This document shows, piece by piece, positions 12,231-25,800 of a stretch of DNA of 64,000 bases. Below the pieces are notes generated by a model. That model was not told where the DNA came from, did not search any database, and saw only the letters and a program-made list of their open reading frames with translations. Source of the stretch: Dicyema japonicum (Eukaryota; Animalia; Dicyemida); contig RDEW01000098.1 of NCBI GenBank assembly GCA_011109175.1, forward strand, positions 24,367 through 88,366, read 5' to 3'. Every line of letters begins with the position of its first letter. Positions within the stretch are counted from its first letter, which is position 1. A program made the position numbers and the translations under genes.

Positions 12231-12590
12231 TCATCGATAATGACGTTGTTGACTTATGAGGAGCACAAAAATCGAATAACATGCATAAAATAATTGGTGA
12301 ACTAAAGAAACATGTGACATCAAAGATTTAAAAGAACTAGGAAACATTGAATTCTTGTTTCTATAGTTATGAGTCTTAGGGTGTAGAGTCGGAGTTGAGG
12401 GGGTTTTTCGTATAGTTGGACTCGGAGTTGAAGAAATAATATTTGAGGAGTCGGAGTCAATGATCAAAAGGTCGACTCCGATTCCTTCTTGATCGGAAAT
12501 TTTGTTTAATAGTGTAAGACAAAATTCAAATAGTAATTTAAATAATTAATAATATTATAAGGAAAAAGAAAAAGAATAGTTAATTTTAAT

Positions 12591-15498
12591 TCAGCTGTTG
12601 GAGATGCACAAGCTATTCCCACGGACAACAGCCAACGAGAGCCTCTCCTTGAGCCATCTCGTCTCACGAAGATCACCAGTTTTGTCAGTTAGTAGTTTTC
12701 CCAAATGGTTCAGGAACTTCAGCGTTTTAGGGCCAAAGTTCCCCGAAGTTTCAATCGCGACAGGTGCGAAAATGTACCTGTCGCTGATATCCGAGTATTA
12801 GCATTTTTTACTTCCTCTGCTTGAGAAGAAGGTCTGCCCGGTGAATAATTTTTTTGCTTGGGGCGAAAGAGCAGACACAGGTCACATCCCATACAAGGTT
12901 TCTCCCTCGCTCAAAAGGAAAGGAGGTCATGCCGTCAGGGCGTCTTCCGTTGTCAAATAGACCAGTCGGTTCGATCCGGCAACGGAATCCAGCCGATTCT
13001 AATGCCCTCTTAATGATGCCGTTCATTGCCGAATGTCGAGAAGATCTGCCAATTCCGCTCCGGCATGAGAGGAGGTGGAGACCCAGTTCGTCCGATAGAC
13101 AGCCACATTTGCACTTCGATTTGGTGCAAACAGGCAATCCGAGGTGTAGACATACAGCTGTACGGAGTGAGTCATCATCCAACAATCCACCAACTTCTTG
13201 ACATGGGTAAACCCCAAGCCAAGATCCATCAACCGCCTCCCTCGAATTTTGGAAACAATCCAGGCGATGTCCATAGAGCCGGCTGACTAGGTTGGATGCC
13301 AGAGCATTCCATCTATGGATCATCCAAGACGATTGTTGGTCTGGATTACGCGGCTCGCCAAGCCCTTCACTTCGCCACACGTCCATGTATTCAACCAAGT
13401 CATTGGACAGTTTCCGAGATGGAAGCTTTGAAAGAATTGAGTCCACTTGGTTTTTGCATGAAAGTTTTGAGGCAAAATACGCCGGGCCAGCAATTTGGCA
13501 GGGAGTAGTAAGACCGATTCCACCCAATGATATCGGTAATTGAGTCTGTATCCATCCAGGGGTGTCAAGAGAAACGTTAAGTACGAATTCAGTACATCTT
13601 TTGAGGCAATCAGAGTATTCCATTAAAAGGGAATCACACTTATAACATGGTGCAGTCCTTAGTAAATAGTTTAATCTTGGAATGGACAAGCAGTTTCTCA
13701 ATAGGAAGAGGGCAATATGGTTGTCAACATGCCGCAAACGGGTCTCAAAAGTACCGAGCTCTATTGTCCTTTCTTTAAACACGTCCACAATTTGGTCTTC
13801 GAATATAGGAGAACCAAGGAACAGAGACTCCCCAACTGGAACCGATGCATAATTTTCGAGAGTGTATTTAAACTGGTCATTGTAGAAAGTAGTCAGATCG
13901 GGACTCAAATTGATCTTGATTAATTCACATTTGGCCTTGTTGACAGAAAGGCCAATCGCTTCGAATTCAGATATCAAACGACGCACGTCCTCCAAAACTG
14001 TATCTGGATGTCCACCAATGATTCCGTCATCCAAATACCATAAATTTAAAGGTGATTTTAAGCATGCGGCTACTCCTGGATCCCCAAAGCAAAGAGAAGA
14101 GGTCCAAGTGGGTCGCCTTGTTGAACACCAGTTCGTGATTTAATGATGGCATCGTGGAAAACCAATGATGATGGATTAGAATATGAAAGGCGAACAATCT
14201 CCCAAATATGTGGTAAATTTTTTTGGCATAACTCCAATAAATGATCTCTCCTTATGGAATTAAATGCGTTCTTAAGATCTACTTTGCAGACAACAACGTC
14301 CTCTTTGCATTCGGACGACGACGTGAAAAAACTCCTCACTGCGTGGACACAAGCCTCTGCACCGCCACGAACTCCAACGCCCATCTGTATAGGACTGAAA
14401 ATAGGAAGTAATCTTTGAACCCCAGAAAAGCAAGCGACTTTAGCTGCAAGTCTCCTGAAACACGTTTCCAATAGCAATCGGTCTGACACCGCCGTCAGGC
14501 TTTCGGAGAGCAACAAGATTAGCAGAAAATAACATATCTCGACCGAAAGGAGACAAACATCCAGAAAGAATTTTGTTGATCAGTTCGCAAATAACATTCG
14601 AAAGATCCTTTCCGACAGATCCCATCATTGGAGCTGTGAGATCACGTAGGTGACCGGGTCTCAAGCCATCAATACCACCTCCACTACTAGGACGAAATGA
14701 ACGCAGGGAGGTGATTATATCTTCGTTAGAGGCGAGCAATTGTTCCTCGTGGAAAGGTTTTATAGTTCTCAAGTCTTCGGGGGATCCGGGGTGTTTTTCT
14801 CGTAAAGACATGAGCGTTTCAGGGGTGTTTTTAAGTGTCCCAGGATCACAAACTAATAGCCGTACAGCACCGCGAATATCGCCTTCCATAAGTTTCATCC
14901 TGATTAGTTTCTTTATTAAGCGAAGTTCCTCCGTTTTCGGACGCTTTGAACTCCGGGGTGCAATTTGAGTTGATTTTAAAGCAGTAAGTGACATTTTATG
15001 TTCATTTAGAAACAGTCTAACTCTCTTTTTGATATTCGTTGCGAGAGAAGTGGATGCTTCCGTTGGTCTTCTGATCCCAAGAGTGAGTGACGGGAAAAGG
15101 AAAAATTTGACCCATTCCGAAGAGACGGCGTCAGGCTTCAAAACATCCTTGATGGTGGAGATCAAGGCCTCGGCAACAGTTCTCGCACCTTTGGGTATCT
15201 TCACAGGAATGGTCACGTCCGAGCGCGTCCGAGAGACCAGTTTCAAAGCTTCATCAGGATCTGCAACAAGAGTAGGGTCAAACGGTTCAATGCAAGCAGC
15301 GTGACCATTAGGAAACCCCGAACCAATTCCAAGGCACGAGCGGCAGTGCCATACCCCAAGAGCACGGATAGAGGCCTGAGAGAGCTTCAAACACCCGATG
15401 TGGAAGAACACTCCACAGGCAGAACAAGAAATTCCAAACTTTCTCAAATTGCTCATGTTGCAGGCAGAGCAATTAGACGATGACTTTTCGAGTAACAT
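12591..15498 (-). mobile_element. Full-length CRE-clade non-LTR retrotransposon ORF (PHD finger, RT, zinc knuckle, restriction-like endonuclease), ~970 aa with four 1-nt frameshifts
   Basis: CSAC...CSACGVFFHIGC...WHCRSC (PHD); GGVRPIAIG, VDLKNAFNS, GVQQGDPLGP, WYLDDG (RT); CKCG...HLLSC, RHSAMN, RPDG, WDVT, PVAIET (RLE). ORFs 14440-15498, 14070-14516 and 12808-14034 join with single-base shifts. Confidence 0.92.
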
Positions 15499-15511
15499 TC
15501 CACTGAATCAA

Positions 15512-15680
15512 CAATAGGCGAAAATCAAGAATAGGGGAATAATCTCAATAGGCGAAAATCAAGAATAGGGGATAATCTCAATAGGCGAAAATCAAGAATA
15601 GGAGAATAGTCTCAATAGGCGAAAATAGTCAATAAGAGAAAGTCAAAAATAGGAAAATAATCACAATAGGCGAAAAACAA
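15512..15680 (-). repeat. ~34-bp tandem repeats in the CRE 5' UTR
   Basis: CAATAGGCGAAAA at 15512, 15546, 15579, 15613 and 15664, followed by a (CAA)n tract. Confidence 0.9.
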
Positions 15681-16375
15681 CAACAACACACAACGACAAC
15701 ACGTTTTTATTTTACAAATATTAATTGTACGATAGGACAAAGACACGTCAAATTTTGACTAATTTAAATTAATTTAATACTAGATATAATAATTTAAATT
15801 AATTTTTCTCCATATTATTTGTATCCCAAATTGTTATTTGTCACATCGTGATTATACATTGTTTCAATCTCAAGAACATTTATTGAGATTCCATCCAAAT
15901 ATTCTAAATATTGTTGATAAAAAGGATTCAAACAATGAACAAACATTCAATAGTATTAGTTTCCTCTGATGTACCCCTTAAAAATACTACATCTCCAAGT
16001 CAGCCAGTATTAAATAAATTTTTAATCTGATATTACTATCATGGATGCTGAAAATTTTAAAATGCATTCCATTGAACTTGTTGATGTGAAAAGGGATCTC
16101 TTGCTCTACCTCCTAACAAGTCAGCGTAGAAAGGCTGTTTTCTGGTCTAAAATTTATCAAATCAGACTTCGAGCTTTTATGAAGAAAGACTGTCGAAGTT
16201 ATATTATTTCTAAAAAATAATAGTTAAATTTTCTTTTCTAAATGTTTTTTTTATATTTTCTGTTATTCTACAACGTTTGATTTTTTATATAATACAGAGT
16301 GGAGGAGTTCGAGTCGTATTATATTTACCGACTCCACAGCCTTGATGTCTCCAAAATCAGTATTGGGGGGTGGGG

Positions 16376-18118
16376 ATATAAATAGAAAACACAGACAAGA
16401 ATCATTTGGGAGGCACAAAAGTTCAGAAATTATAAAATAGGCACAATTTGTAGCAATTCAAAAATTTATTTAAAAAATTCGAGAGCCGTTGGTATCCAAT
16501 GACGGCTGAGTTTCTTGCTCGAACTCGGAGGATTGCTTCCAGAAAAAAGGCGATTAACGAGAAGAGTTATGGCTGTGACAAAAGATTTGAATGGCTATAC
16601 TCCTAGGGAACTCGTTCGCGATCCACGCAGCCGACTTCCTCAACTAACATTTGTTTCTTTGTTAAATAATTGTCATTAATAAAAAAATTAATCAAATATA
16701 TGTGACATTATTGTTATTTACGCTTTGACCTTGAATTTAACCTTCGATTAAGCTCTTGACACTGATTAAATCAATTTTTAAGATATTTTTGCGCACTATA
16801 GATAAAATTATCGAATGAAAATTGCCAATATTGTCAAAGATAGAATATAAAAAATTCTGATTTTTAATAAATAATATAATATCCGAAGATATATCAAGAC
16901 TAAATAGATTTAGATTTTCTTAGAAAATGCAGCAATTTTTCAGTTTCAGGAAATACTCTTAAATTAATGATAGTGTCTTATATTATGAACAATCTGAAGG
17001 AAAACCAGACATTGGTGAATCCTCAAATGACTGAGAATCCATGAAACTACATTGTGACGAATTCATTTATTTTTCACTATGGCTTTAATAAATGGAAGAG
17101 TATTGCAAAATAATTTTTGCATAATCAAAAGAAAAATAATTCAAGAAGTAATATCTCATGTACAAATGCAAGCTTTAAAGACAAATCTCCATTAGTCAAC
17201 AAGTAGCGAAAAAAACAGAACAATTGATTATAGAACGTTTATTACATTGCTTACTTTTAGCTATCAAGTTGATTTAGTCGATCGTTGTTCTATTCAGAAA
17301 TAAATGATTACAATAAAATTTATGAATGTATATATTTTCAAAATTTTGCTTTGCTAAAAATAGAAAGCAAAAAGCAATTATAGTCTCAGCATCATTGAAC
17401 ACTAAATTTCAATTCTTATGGTCAATTAAAGATATTGCATGTCAGATAGTAAAAAGAATTTGTTAAGTCAGAAATAAAGTCATTAATGAAAAATTTAAAA
17501 TAATTCATAAATGATAGTCCAATGAATGCAGAATAACAGGGACATGAGCGTTGCAATAAACAATTTGCCGATGGTTCAAAAGAAATGTTAAGTACAATAT
17601 ATTTTCTTGCTATAAAAATGTCATATTTTTGTTTTCCAAAAAAGAAATATATTTTTATAATATGAGGAATAATAGAAGAACATGAAAATCAATTTATTGC
17701 AAATGACAATATCTTGAAAAATGAATAAAAAATCGAAAAAAAATCAGTTGAAATAAAGTGTTATTATATAATACTGATACAAATAAAAAACAAAAAAAAC
17801 GAAATTAGACTTTTATTATAAACAGAGTTTATTGTCGAGGAATTGATTTAGATAACAAAATAAAAATAAAAAATAAATATGGAAATGAACTCAGTGTTTG
17901 GATCACAATCTAAAAAAATTTGATACTTTTGAATAACAGACAGTTTTTGAGTATAAATTTGAACAGTTGTTGATATTTTTTTAAACTAATAAAATTTTTA
18001 AGGAAAAAGTATCAAATAGCTGCGAAAGCTCATAGTGGACTAGTGTAATTGGAAAATTTTTCTCAATAGGCCTGTCGATTAGGGTCTATAAGTTGCATTG
18101 AAAAATAAAAAATATTGT
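16376..18118 (+). repeat. Segmental duplication copy 1 (CRE 3' fragment plus Ginger-type integrase pseudogene)
   Basis: Colinear with 19141-20938 and differs mainly by 1-nt indels. CRE tail at about 16495-16670. Confidence 0.85.
17040..17760 (+). pseudogene. Ginger/GIN-like integrase pseudogene
   Basis: Same sequence as 19790-20560 but more frameshifted. Confidence 0.55.
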
Positions 18119-19135
18119 CATGGAGGAAACCACTCTCTTCTATGTGCTCGTTCAACCTCTTGAAGATAACTCGCTCAGCATCTTGGAAATAGAGCAAATG
18201 AGGCTGATCGTCTATAGTTGAAAGAATTCCCCGACTTTCCGGTTTGAGTACCATTCTGATAATAGAACATTTCCATCATATTGGGACATATCCATGAGTA
18301 ATACTCGCGTTAAATAGATTCTTCAGCACAAGCAGCAGATCATTTGGCCTTCCTTGAACAATCTCATACTTACATGATCATGTCAGGGGCGTTGGCCTTG
18401 CATGTTCTGATCGCATTATAACGTCCTCTGTCGTTATCATTTCGGTATCATTAAGATCATCCAAAGAGTACGTTAGGAAGTCTTCTGTAGCTTTCAACTT
18501 TTCCCTGGGATTAGCTCCATTGGTTGACGCCCTGATATGCTCCAGTTGCTTCTTAAAGATAACTGGAGCTTCTTCCATAGGTTTTGATCCTCTTCTGGTT
18601 TGTCAAAGAGATTCTGTATCTTCATGTTCTGGCCAGTTAATCTTCTGTAGAACTTTCAGAACGAGAAATCTTTGTAGTTAGTTGGCTTGCCTCGTTTCAA
18701 ATGTTGTTCTTGGACAGTTTGTTCCCTCTTCAATGATTTTCTGATTATTTTTAGATGGTCGTCAGTGCAATCCTGTCCATCCAGTCAACAAAACTTGAGT
18801 TTGTTCCTTATGCGTTTCTTTCATTAATCATAGATAATATGAGGGAGATTTGATGCTCTTCATGATTGGTCTTGAAGTTCTCCTTTTGCGTAGAGTGATA
18901 ACTATTTCTTCATCATAATTGAGAGGTCTCTGTCTATGTTGTCAATATCATTTCGGGAATGAGGTCCATCCTTCCAGTTTTTGAGGTATCTAGATATGTA
19001 TCTTCTATAGTGTTCTCAACTTAGTCTGATAAGTCGTAGCCAGTAAACATTGATTCCATGGTGTCTGGAGCCAGGTTTAGTGTTATTTCTTGTGGGATCT
19101 GGTCGCTCCCGATGTCCTGCATGATCATTGGTTGC
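18119..19135 (-). mobile_element. Jockey/I-type LINE RT fragment between the duplicated blocks
   Basis: P.*WKCSIIRMVLKP...ERVIFKRLNEHIEESGFLHDN is RT motif 1-2. Confidence 0.65.
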
Positions 19136-19140
19136 TCCAC

Positions 19141-20938
19141 ATAATATAAATAAGGAACACAGACAAGAATCATTTGGAATACAAAGTTTCAGAATTAATA
19201 AAATAGCACAAAATTTGCAGCAATTTCAAAAATTTATTAAAAATTCTAGAGCGTTGGTACAATGACGGCTGTGTTCTTGCTCGAACTCGGAGGATGCTTC
19301 CAGAAAAAAGGCGATAACGAGAAGATTATGGCTGTTGACAAAGATTTAATGGCTATACTCTAGGAACTCGTTCGCGATCCACGCAGCCGACTTCCTCAAC
19401 AATTTGTTTCTTTGTTAAATAATTGTCATTAATAAAAAAATTAATCACAAATATGTGCCATTATTGTTATTTACGCTTTGACCTTGAATTTAACCTTCGA
19501 TCAAGCTCTTGACACTGATTAATTCAATTTTAAGATATTTTGCGCACTATAGATAGAATTATCGGAATGAAAATTGCCAATATTGTCAAAGATAGAATAT
19601 AAAAATATTCTTGATTTTTAATAAATAATACAATATCCGAAGATATATCAAGACTAAATAGATTTAGTTTTCTTAGAAAATGCAGCAATTTTCAGTTTCA
19701 GGAAATACTCTTAAATTTAATGATAGGTGTCTTATATTATGAATAATCTGAAGGAAACCAGACATTGGTGAATCCCTCAAATGACTGAGAATCCATGAAA
19801 CTACATTGTGAACGAATTCATTCTATTTTTCACTATGGCTTTAATAAATGGAAGAGTATTGCAAAAATAATTTTTCATAATAAAAGAAAAATAATTCAAG
19901 AAGTAATATCGTCATGTCATAAATGCAAGCTTTTAAAGACGAAATCTCCATTAGTCAACAAAGTAGCGAAAAACCACGAGAACAATTGATTATAGAACGG
20001 TTTATTACATTGCTTACTTTTAGCTATCAAGTTAATTTAGTCGATCGTCGTTCTATTCAGAAATAAATGATTACAATAAAATCTTATGAATGTCATAGAT
20101 ATTTATCAAAATTTTGCTTTGCTAAAAAATAAAGCAAAGAAACAGTTATAGTTTCAAAATCATTGAACACTATATTGCAATCTTATGGTCAATTAAAAAT
20201 TCTGCAGTCTGACAACAAAACAGAATTTGTTAAGTTAGAAATAAAGTCATTAAATGAAGATATTGAAATAATTCATAAAAGGGTACGTCCAATGAATGCA
20301 GAATAACAGGGACAAGTGGAGCGTTGCAATCGAACAATTTGCCGATGGTTCCAAAAAGAAATGTATACCAGTACAATATATCTATTCATTCTGCTATAAA
20401 TATGTCACTTTTTTTGGCTTTTTCCAAACAAAAGGAAATAATATTTCTTATTTAATAATGAGGAAATAATAAAGAACATGAAAATCAATTTATTGCAAAT
20501 GACAAATATCTTGAAAGAATGAATAAAAAAATCGAAAAAAATATCAGTTGGAAATAATGTGTTATTGATAATAACTGATACAAATCAAAAAACCAAAAAA
20601 ACGAAAATTAGAATCTTTTTATTATAAACAGAGTTTTATTGTCGAGGAATTGATTTCAGAAAACAAAATAAAAATAAAAAATAAATATAAAAATGAACTC
20701 AGGGGTTGGATCACAACCTAAAAAAATTTGATACTTTTTGAATAACAGACAGTTTTTGAGTAATAAATTTGAACAGTTGTTGATATTTTTTAAAACCAAT
20801 AAAACATTTTTAAGGAAAAAAGTATCAAAAGTACCGCGGTCTAAAGCCTCATAGGGGACTAGTAGTAATTGGAAAATTTTCTGAATAGGCCTTTCGATTA
20901 GGGTCTATAAGTTGCATTGCAAAATAAAAAATATTGTC
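19141..20938 (+). repeat. Segmental duplication copy 2
   Basis: Colinear with 16376-18118. Confidence 0.85.
19790..20560 (+). pseudogene. Ginger/GIN-like (H2C2 + rve) integrase pseudogene
   Basis: HSIFHYGFNK...IIQEVISSCHKC (HHCC), GQLKILQSDNKTEFV, GQVERCNRTI. Confidence 0.7.
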
Positions 20939-21079
20939 TTGTAAATTTTGGTTAAAATTTCTTTAATTTTTTTTGAATTTTTATGTGATTAACCATTTTT
21001 GAAATAAATTATCATCTTTTTTACGATCATATTAAAAAATTGATTCCTGGATTTTATTGCCGTTTTTGCTAATTTAATA

Positions 21080-24000
21080 CAGTAAACTCTCTCAAATATG
21101 TTACTCTTAAATTTGCCAATTCTGAAATTTCATTTTTATCGATTTTTTCTATTTTTCAATGATATTTGCCAATTCTGAAAATTGCCAACATTTTAAAATA
21201 TTATTTTTATTTTTTATTTTTATATATTTTTAAAAATTTAAATACTTTAAAGCAAGCATGTGTCGGAATGTTCCTGTTGGAGGCTACACCAGACTTTCAA
21301 TTGCTCAAAAAATGGAAATATTGCGGTATAAAGAAAACGATAAATTACCTTCATCTCAGGCGATATGCAACATATTTTCTTCTATTTTTAAAAGAGAATC
21401 CAGAATATTAATGAATGCAGAATCTCTTTTATTTCAGTTCAAGAACAGAAATCCTGAACTAAAAACTTGTAAAATATTAAAATACCTTTAGCTAGATGAA
21501 AATTTAGTAGATTAGATGGATACAATGGAATCAAAAGGTACACTATTTACTCTAACATTATGGTGGTTTATTGAACGATTCTCTATTATTACAAAAGGTA
21601 GAATTCTTCGCTAAAGAACTTTCGTTAACTAATTTTAAAAATTCTTACGGGTTTCTGGAGAAATAAAAAAAACAGATTTCGAATGCGTAAATTACACGGC
21701 GAAATGCGCACTGAAAAACATGTGGGTATTGATGGCTTTTAAAAGAATTTGAAGAAGTTTCAGAGTTACTCGTCTGAAAATATTTATAACTTGAATCACA
21801 TAAGAAGTTAAATCTTAGGGATACTGTATTGTTTGTAAAAATGGCATGGGAAGATGTGAAATCTCAAACAATTTCAAACTGTTTTAAACGTTTAGAACGT
21901 ACAGAATGCGAATCAGAATTTACTAACATAAATGTAACAGATGAAATTGTATCCAAAACAGATATTTATGATCCTATTGAAATAAAAGAATTTATTTCAA
22001 TTGATTACAGTGAAATAGAGGATTGATGAAGAAGAGAAATTAATTCCTATTGAGGACCAAGAAGAATCCGGTTGTGTAGAAGTACATCAGTCATTAAACA
22101 AGGCTGAAATGCTTTGAAAATTAAGAGAGAACTAAAATTATCTAGAAAACATTGAAAATGACAATGATGCAGAATTCATTACTTCAATAAGAAGATATAA
22201 AGAAAATATCAAAAATTCTAATAAGAGGGAATTTGGAATTGATTAGTACTTTAATAAAATTTAATTAATTTTTGTTTCCTTAGTAAAAAATATTTTTTCT
22301 TTAAAAATAAAATTTATTAATTTAAATTGTTTAATTATCTTTAAATAAATCAACGATAATCTCAGATGGAAAATAAAGAACGAAAAGAAGACAACGTACG
22401 AGATCAAAGCCAGTACGGACAAATCAAGTATGTCTTTTATTTGGACAATCGAATAAAAGGAAATTTGGAATAAACTGCACACTATGTGAATCATTTGTCT
22501 ATTTGGGATACATAAAAATGAGTAAAGCTGAGACCCTGTCGAGTTGGCTGCGCCCCTCTTGTATTGGAATGGAGGCCCACAGGCGGGAAACAATAGCTCA
22601 GCCAAACTTACACTGCCACATACAGACCACACTCTCTTGAAGATCTCGAACCTCCGGAAAGCATGAAGATCCCAGTAAAAATCCTAAAGGAGTACGAATT
22701 GCAGCAGCAACGTGTCTTTCAAATTCCATTAATCACGCACTATCTTCTGACAGTTGGGAATCCTGGCTAAAACTTATATGCTTTGCACCTGTCGCACTCG
22801 GAATACCTACAAAGGAATCTGAAGATAGTAATAAAGAAACAAACTCCCGACTCAACTTATCCGAGAAACTGAAACGAAACATAATCAATTTTAGCTGTCA
22901 TAACATACACGCAATACTTGAACAGCCACTTAATGTCAATGAGGTCGAAACCAGAGGAGCATACACCAACTAAAGGAGAAAGTAAACCGAAACTTCTAGG
23001 GCGACGCGGGCAGCTCTATGGGTTATCACGTCCGATGGCACAGTATTGTCTTGTAACCCTGAGGTCTTAAATACCTTAATACTGAAGCACCCAGATGACT
23101 GACTATGAAAAGTTTTTGAATCCTGAAGGAACCCGGAGATTATCATTACAGAATCCGAAGTGCGCCACGGAATAACTTCCTTCGCCGCTAGCAGCGGTGG
23201 AGGCTTGGAAGGGTTACGTATATTAAGGACCTTACGTCCCCATACACCTCGGAAGCTTGACGCTGAATTGTCAAATCAATTACGGACCTAATCAGAAAAA
23301 TGGTTAACGGCGACATCTCAGAGTATGCCAGAGAATTGCTCTTCTTGCAAGGCTACTTGCTTTCAAAAATCCCAATGGAGGAATCCGCTCCATTGCGATC
23401 AGGAACTATATTAGAAGACTTGCAGCAAAGGTAGATCGACCCTGGTGAGCCGACAACTTGGAGAGGAGTTCTTTCTTAAACAAATGGTCTTAGTATCCAG
23501 AACGGATGTGATGCTTCGGTTCATGCAGAAGGCGTTTTTTCACATAGAAAAATATCTCAAATGAATGCATTGGAATCAAGTTGGACATAACGAATGCCTT
23601 CAATTCTCTCAGAAGAGATAAAATTATGGAAAATTGTTGGAAGAGGGCTCCAAAGCTTTTCCCTCTTGTCAAATTATCTTATGGGGACGATACGTATCTG
23701 TTTTTTGAAAATGAAATTATTAAATCAAAAACGGGGATCCAACAAGGAGATCCGCTCGGACCTCTCTTATTTTCCTTGATTTATTGATGATGTTTGAGAT
23801 CAATTGATGCCCAGCTAAATCTCTGGTACCTCGATGATGCCACAATTGAAGGATCATTCATCTCTCTCAAGCTGCAGCTATTGGACACGGCAAGTCCTTC
23901 ATAACACTATTGGACTTTGCTGGAATGAGTCATTTTACGAAGCTTGTCGGAAATGGAACGGGTCCGGACTCAAAATCCCCGAAGACACAACAAAGCAAAG

Positions 24001-24927
24001 TAATCGGGATAACATTGTCTGCTCCAAAATTTTGGAAGACCTTAAAAAAGAAGCAAATCAACATCGTCTGGCTTGTTTGGTGTCAGCTTCAAGTAGAGGG
24101 AGTGGAGCTTGGCTTGGTGCAATACCTTGCCCCTAACCTCGGGACCTTATTGGACGCCGATTCTTTGAGGATTGAAATTGGACAAAGGCTGGGACAAAAT
24201 GTTTGCCAGGAGCACCGATGCAGATCGGAAAAACTGTCGATGTTAAGGGAGTGCACCCGAATATCCTGCAGAAGAAGCTCCGAAGAGGACCACGTCATGC
24301 TGCTCTGAACGATGTGATTGTCAGAGCTCTGAAAGCTACAAGCTCCTTAACACAGTTTGAACCAGTGGGTCTTGATCGAGGAGATGAAAAGAGACCTGAC
24401 GGGATGACCCTTTTCCCCTTCACGTATGGAGATCTTTGGTCTGGACGCAACTTGTGTACACGTTCTCAAGCACGAATATTTACAAATCGGTTCAAACACC
24501 TGGAGCAGCTGCTTCGACTGCGGAGAACTTAAAAATAAAGAAATATTCTTGCCTCGGGAATCGCTACCGATTTACTCCTGTTGCGACCGAATCATCGGAA
24601 GTCGTTGGTTCAATGACGGCTGAGTATTTGCGAGAACTTAGAGGAATGCTTGCCAAAAACAAAAGGGATCAACGAGAAAGATTTTGGCTTAGACAAAAGA
24701 TTGGATTGGCCAAACTCCGAGAACTCGTTCGCAATCCACGCAGCAGGCTTCCTCAACTGACATTTGTTCAATAGTCAAAAAAAATAAATAAAATAAAACA
24801 AAATTGCATTCGTAAATAAATTAATTAATTAAAACTTCAATTAAAATTTTATTCTGAAATCTGCCAATTCTCAAATTTGCCACAATTTTGCTGGAACCAA
24901 CAACGGCAAATTTGAGAGAGTTTACTG
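21080..24927 (+). mobile_element. pogo/Tigger DNA transposon, internally deleted, interrupted by a CRE
   Basis: Perfect 18-bp TIRs CAGTAAACTCTCTCAAAT, each flanked by TA. CENP-B-like HTH remnants near 21260-21700 and VKMAWEDVKSQTISNCFK. Confidence 0.85.
22380..24790 (+). mobile_element. Decayed full-length CRE retrotransposon (subfamily 1)
   Basis: PHD remnant KRKFGINCTLC, DITNAFNS, GIQQGDPLGP, WYLDDA, RHAALND, KRPDGMT, PVATE. Internal deletion in the RT-thumb region. Confidence 0.85.
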
Positions 24928-24959
24928 TATTATTTTTTTAATTTAGGACACCAATAAAA

Positions 24960-25206
24960 ATACAATCAATAATGTAATTAAATTAACACGGCCAACCATC
25001 TAAAGGTGACCCCGCCGACATTATCGAAGTTGCGCTGCCTTTCATGATTGCAACAAAGATCAACTGGAAAAGCCATCGGGTCTCACGTGCGTTGTGGCAT
25101 ATAGTGTAGCTAGGCGTTCAAGTTTCTTTAAGAAGCGAAGCGATTTTCCATTTATTCCGCCAGTTGTCTTGACCACAATGGGATAGAAAGTGAACCGATC
25201 GTGCTA
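24960..25206 (-). mobile_element. CRE 3' fragment (subfamily 2)
   Basis: Homologous to 7540-7780, including the shared 3' UTR AATAATGTAATTAAATTAA. Confidence 0.75.
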
Positions 25207-25249
25207 TAAGAATCGCTAGTCTCAGTATGTATTAACAAATTAGTAATGA

Positions 25250-25800
25250 AATCTGCATAAATTCAAAAATTTGATAACTTATAGACAACATTGTCTTGGC
25301 TTTACGTTATTTAGATATTCTGGTTGCAGCCTCAAGACTGCGACGTTACTTAGATAGAAAAAATGTTTCGTTAAAGAACCATTGCTTATCAATTAGCCAA
25401 GAGAATTCAGTCATTTAATTAATCACTCATAAGCAAGTGGATAATATTGAAATCTCATTTATCAAACACCAGAAAACCCTGGGAATTACCGTCGATATGG
25501 ATATATGGTTCTCTCAGTAAAACGAAAGCTTGATTATCAAATGTGAGAAAAACTCTGACCCGTTTTAAACCTCTCAGGTTATGGAAGGCAGAAAACCATC
25601 TAGTCTTAAAAAAGAATTATAGCTTTTTTATGCATCTCCATGCATTTGCTGATTGTGGTCCATTCTTTTGTTGGACCAAATTTAAAAATATTGTAGCTAC
25701 ATAGAACAATCATACACAGTGGATTTTCGGGAAGAAAAACCCAGTACCAACATCTTAAAGTCATTGATATGTGTAAACAGTGCGTAATGTTTGTTCTATG
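25250..25800 (+). mobile_element. Highly decayed Jockey/I LINE 3' fragment
   Basis: QKTLGITVD resembles the K.LGI..D post-RT motif. Confidence 0.3.

Larger units (their letters stand above)
12377..16344. mobile_element. hAT-derived non-autonomous element carrying a nested CRE
   Basis: Imperfect TIRs TAGGGTGTAGAGTCGG (12377) and CCGACTCCACAGCCTTG (16328-16344), internal GGAGTCGGAGTC/GACTCCGA repeats, and a possible dimerisation-domain remnant near 16050. Confidence 0.5.

Noticed and set aside
12854-14968. Multiple plus-strand ORFs
   Set aside because: Antisense shadows of the GC-richer CRE ORF.
15512-15680. Regularly spaced repeats as a CRISPR array
   Set aside because: Units are head-to-tail with no unique spacers, the context is eukaryotic, and they lie in a retrotransposon 5' UTR.
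18119-18600. TGA-only interruptions suggesting a genome-wide TGA=Trp code
   Set aside because: This is a decayed LINE that also uses TGG. Host genes use TGG for Trp and end in TAA or TGA, so the nuclear code looks standard.
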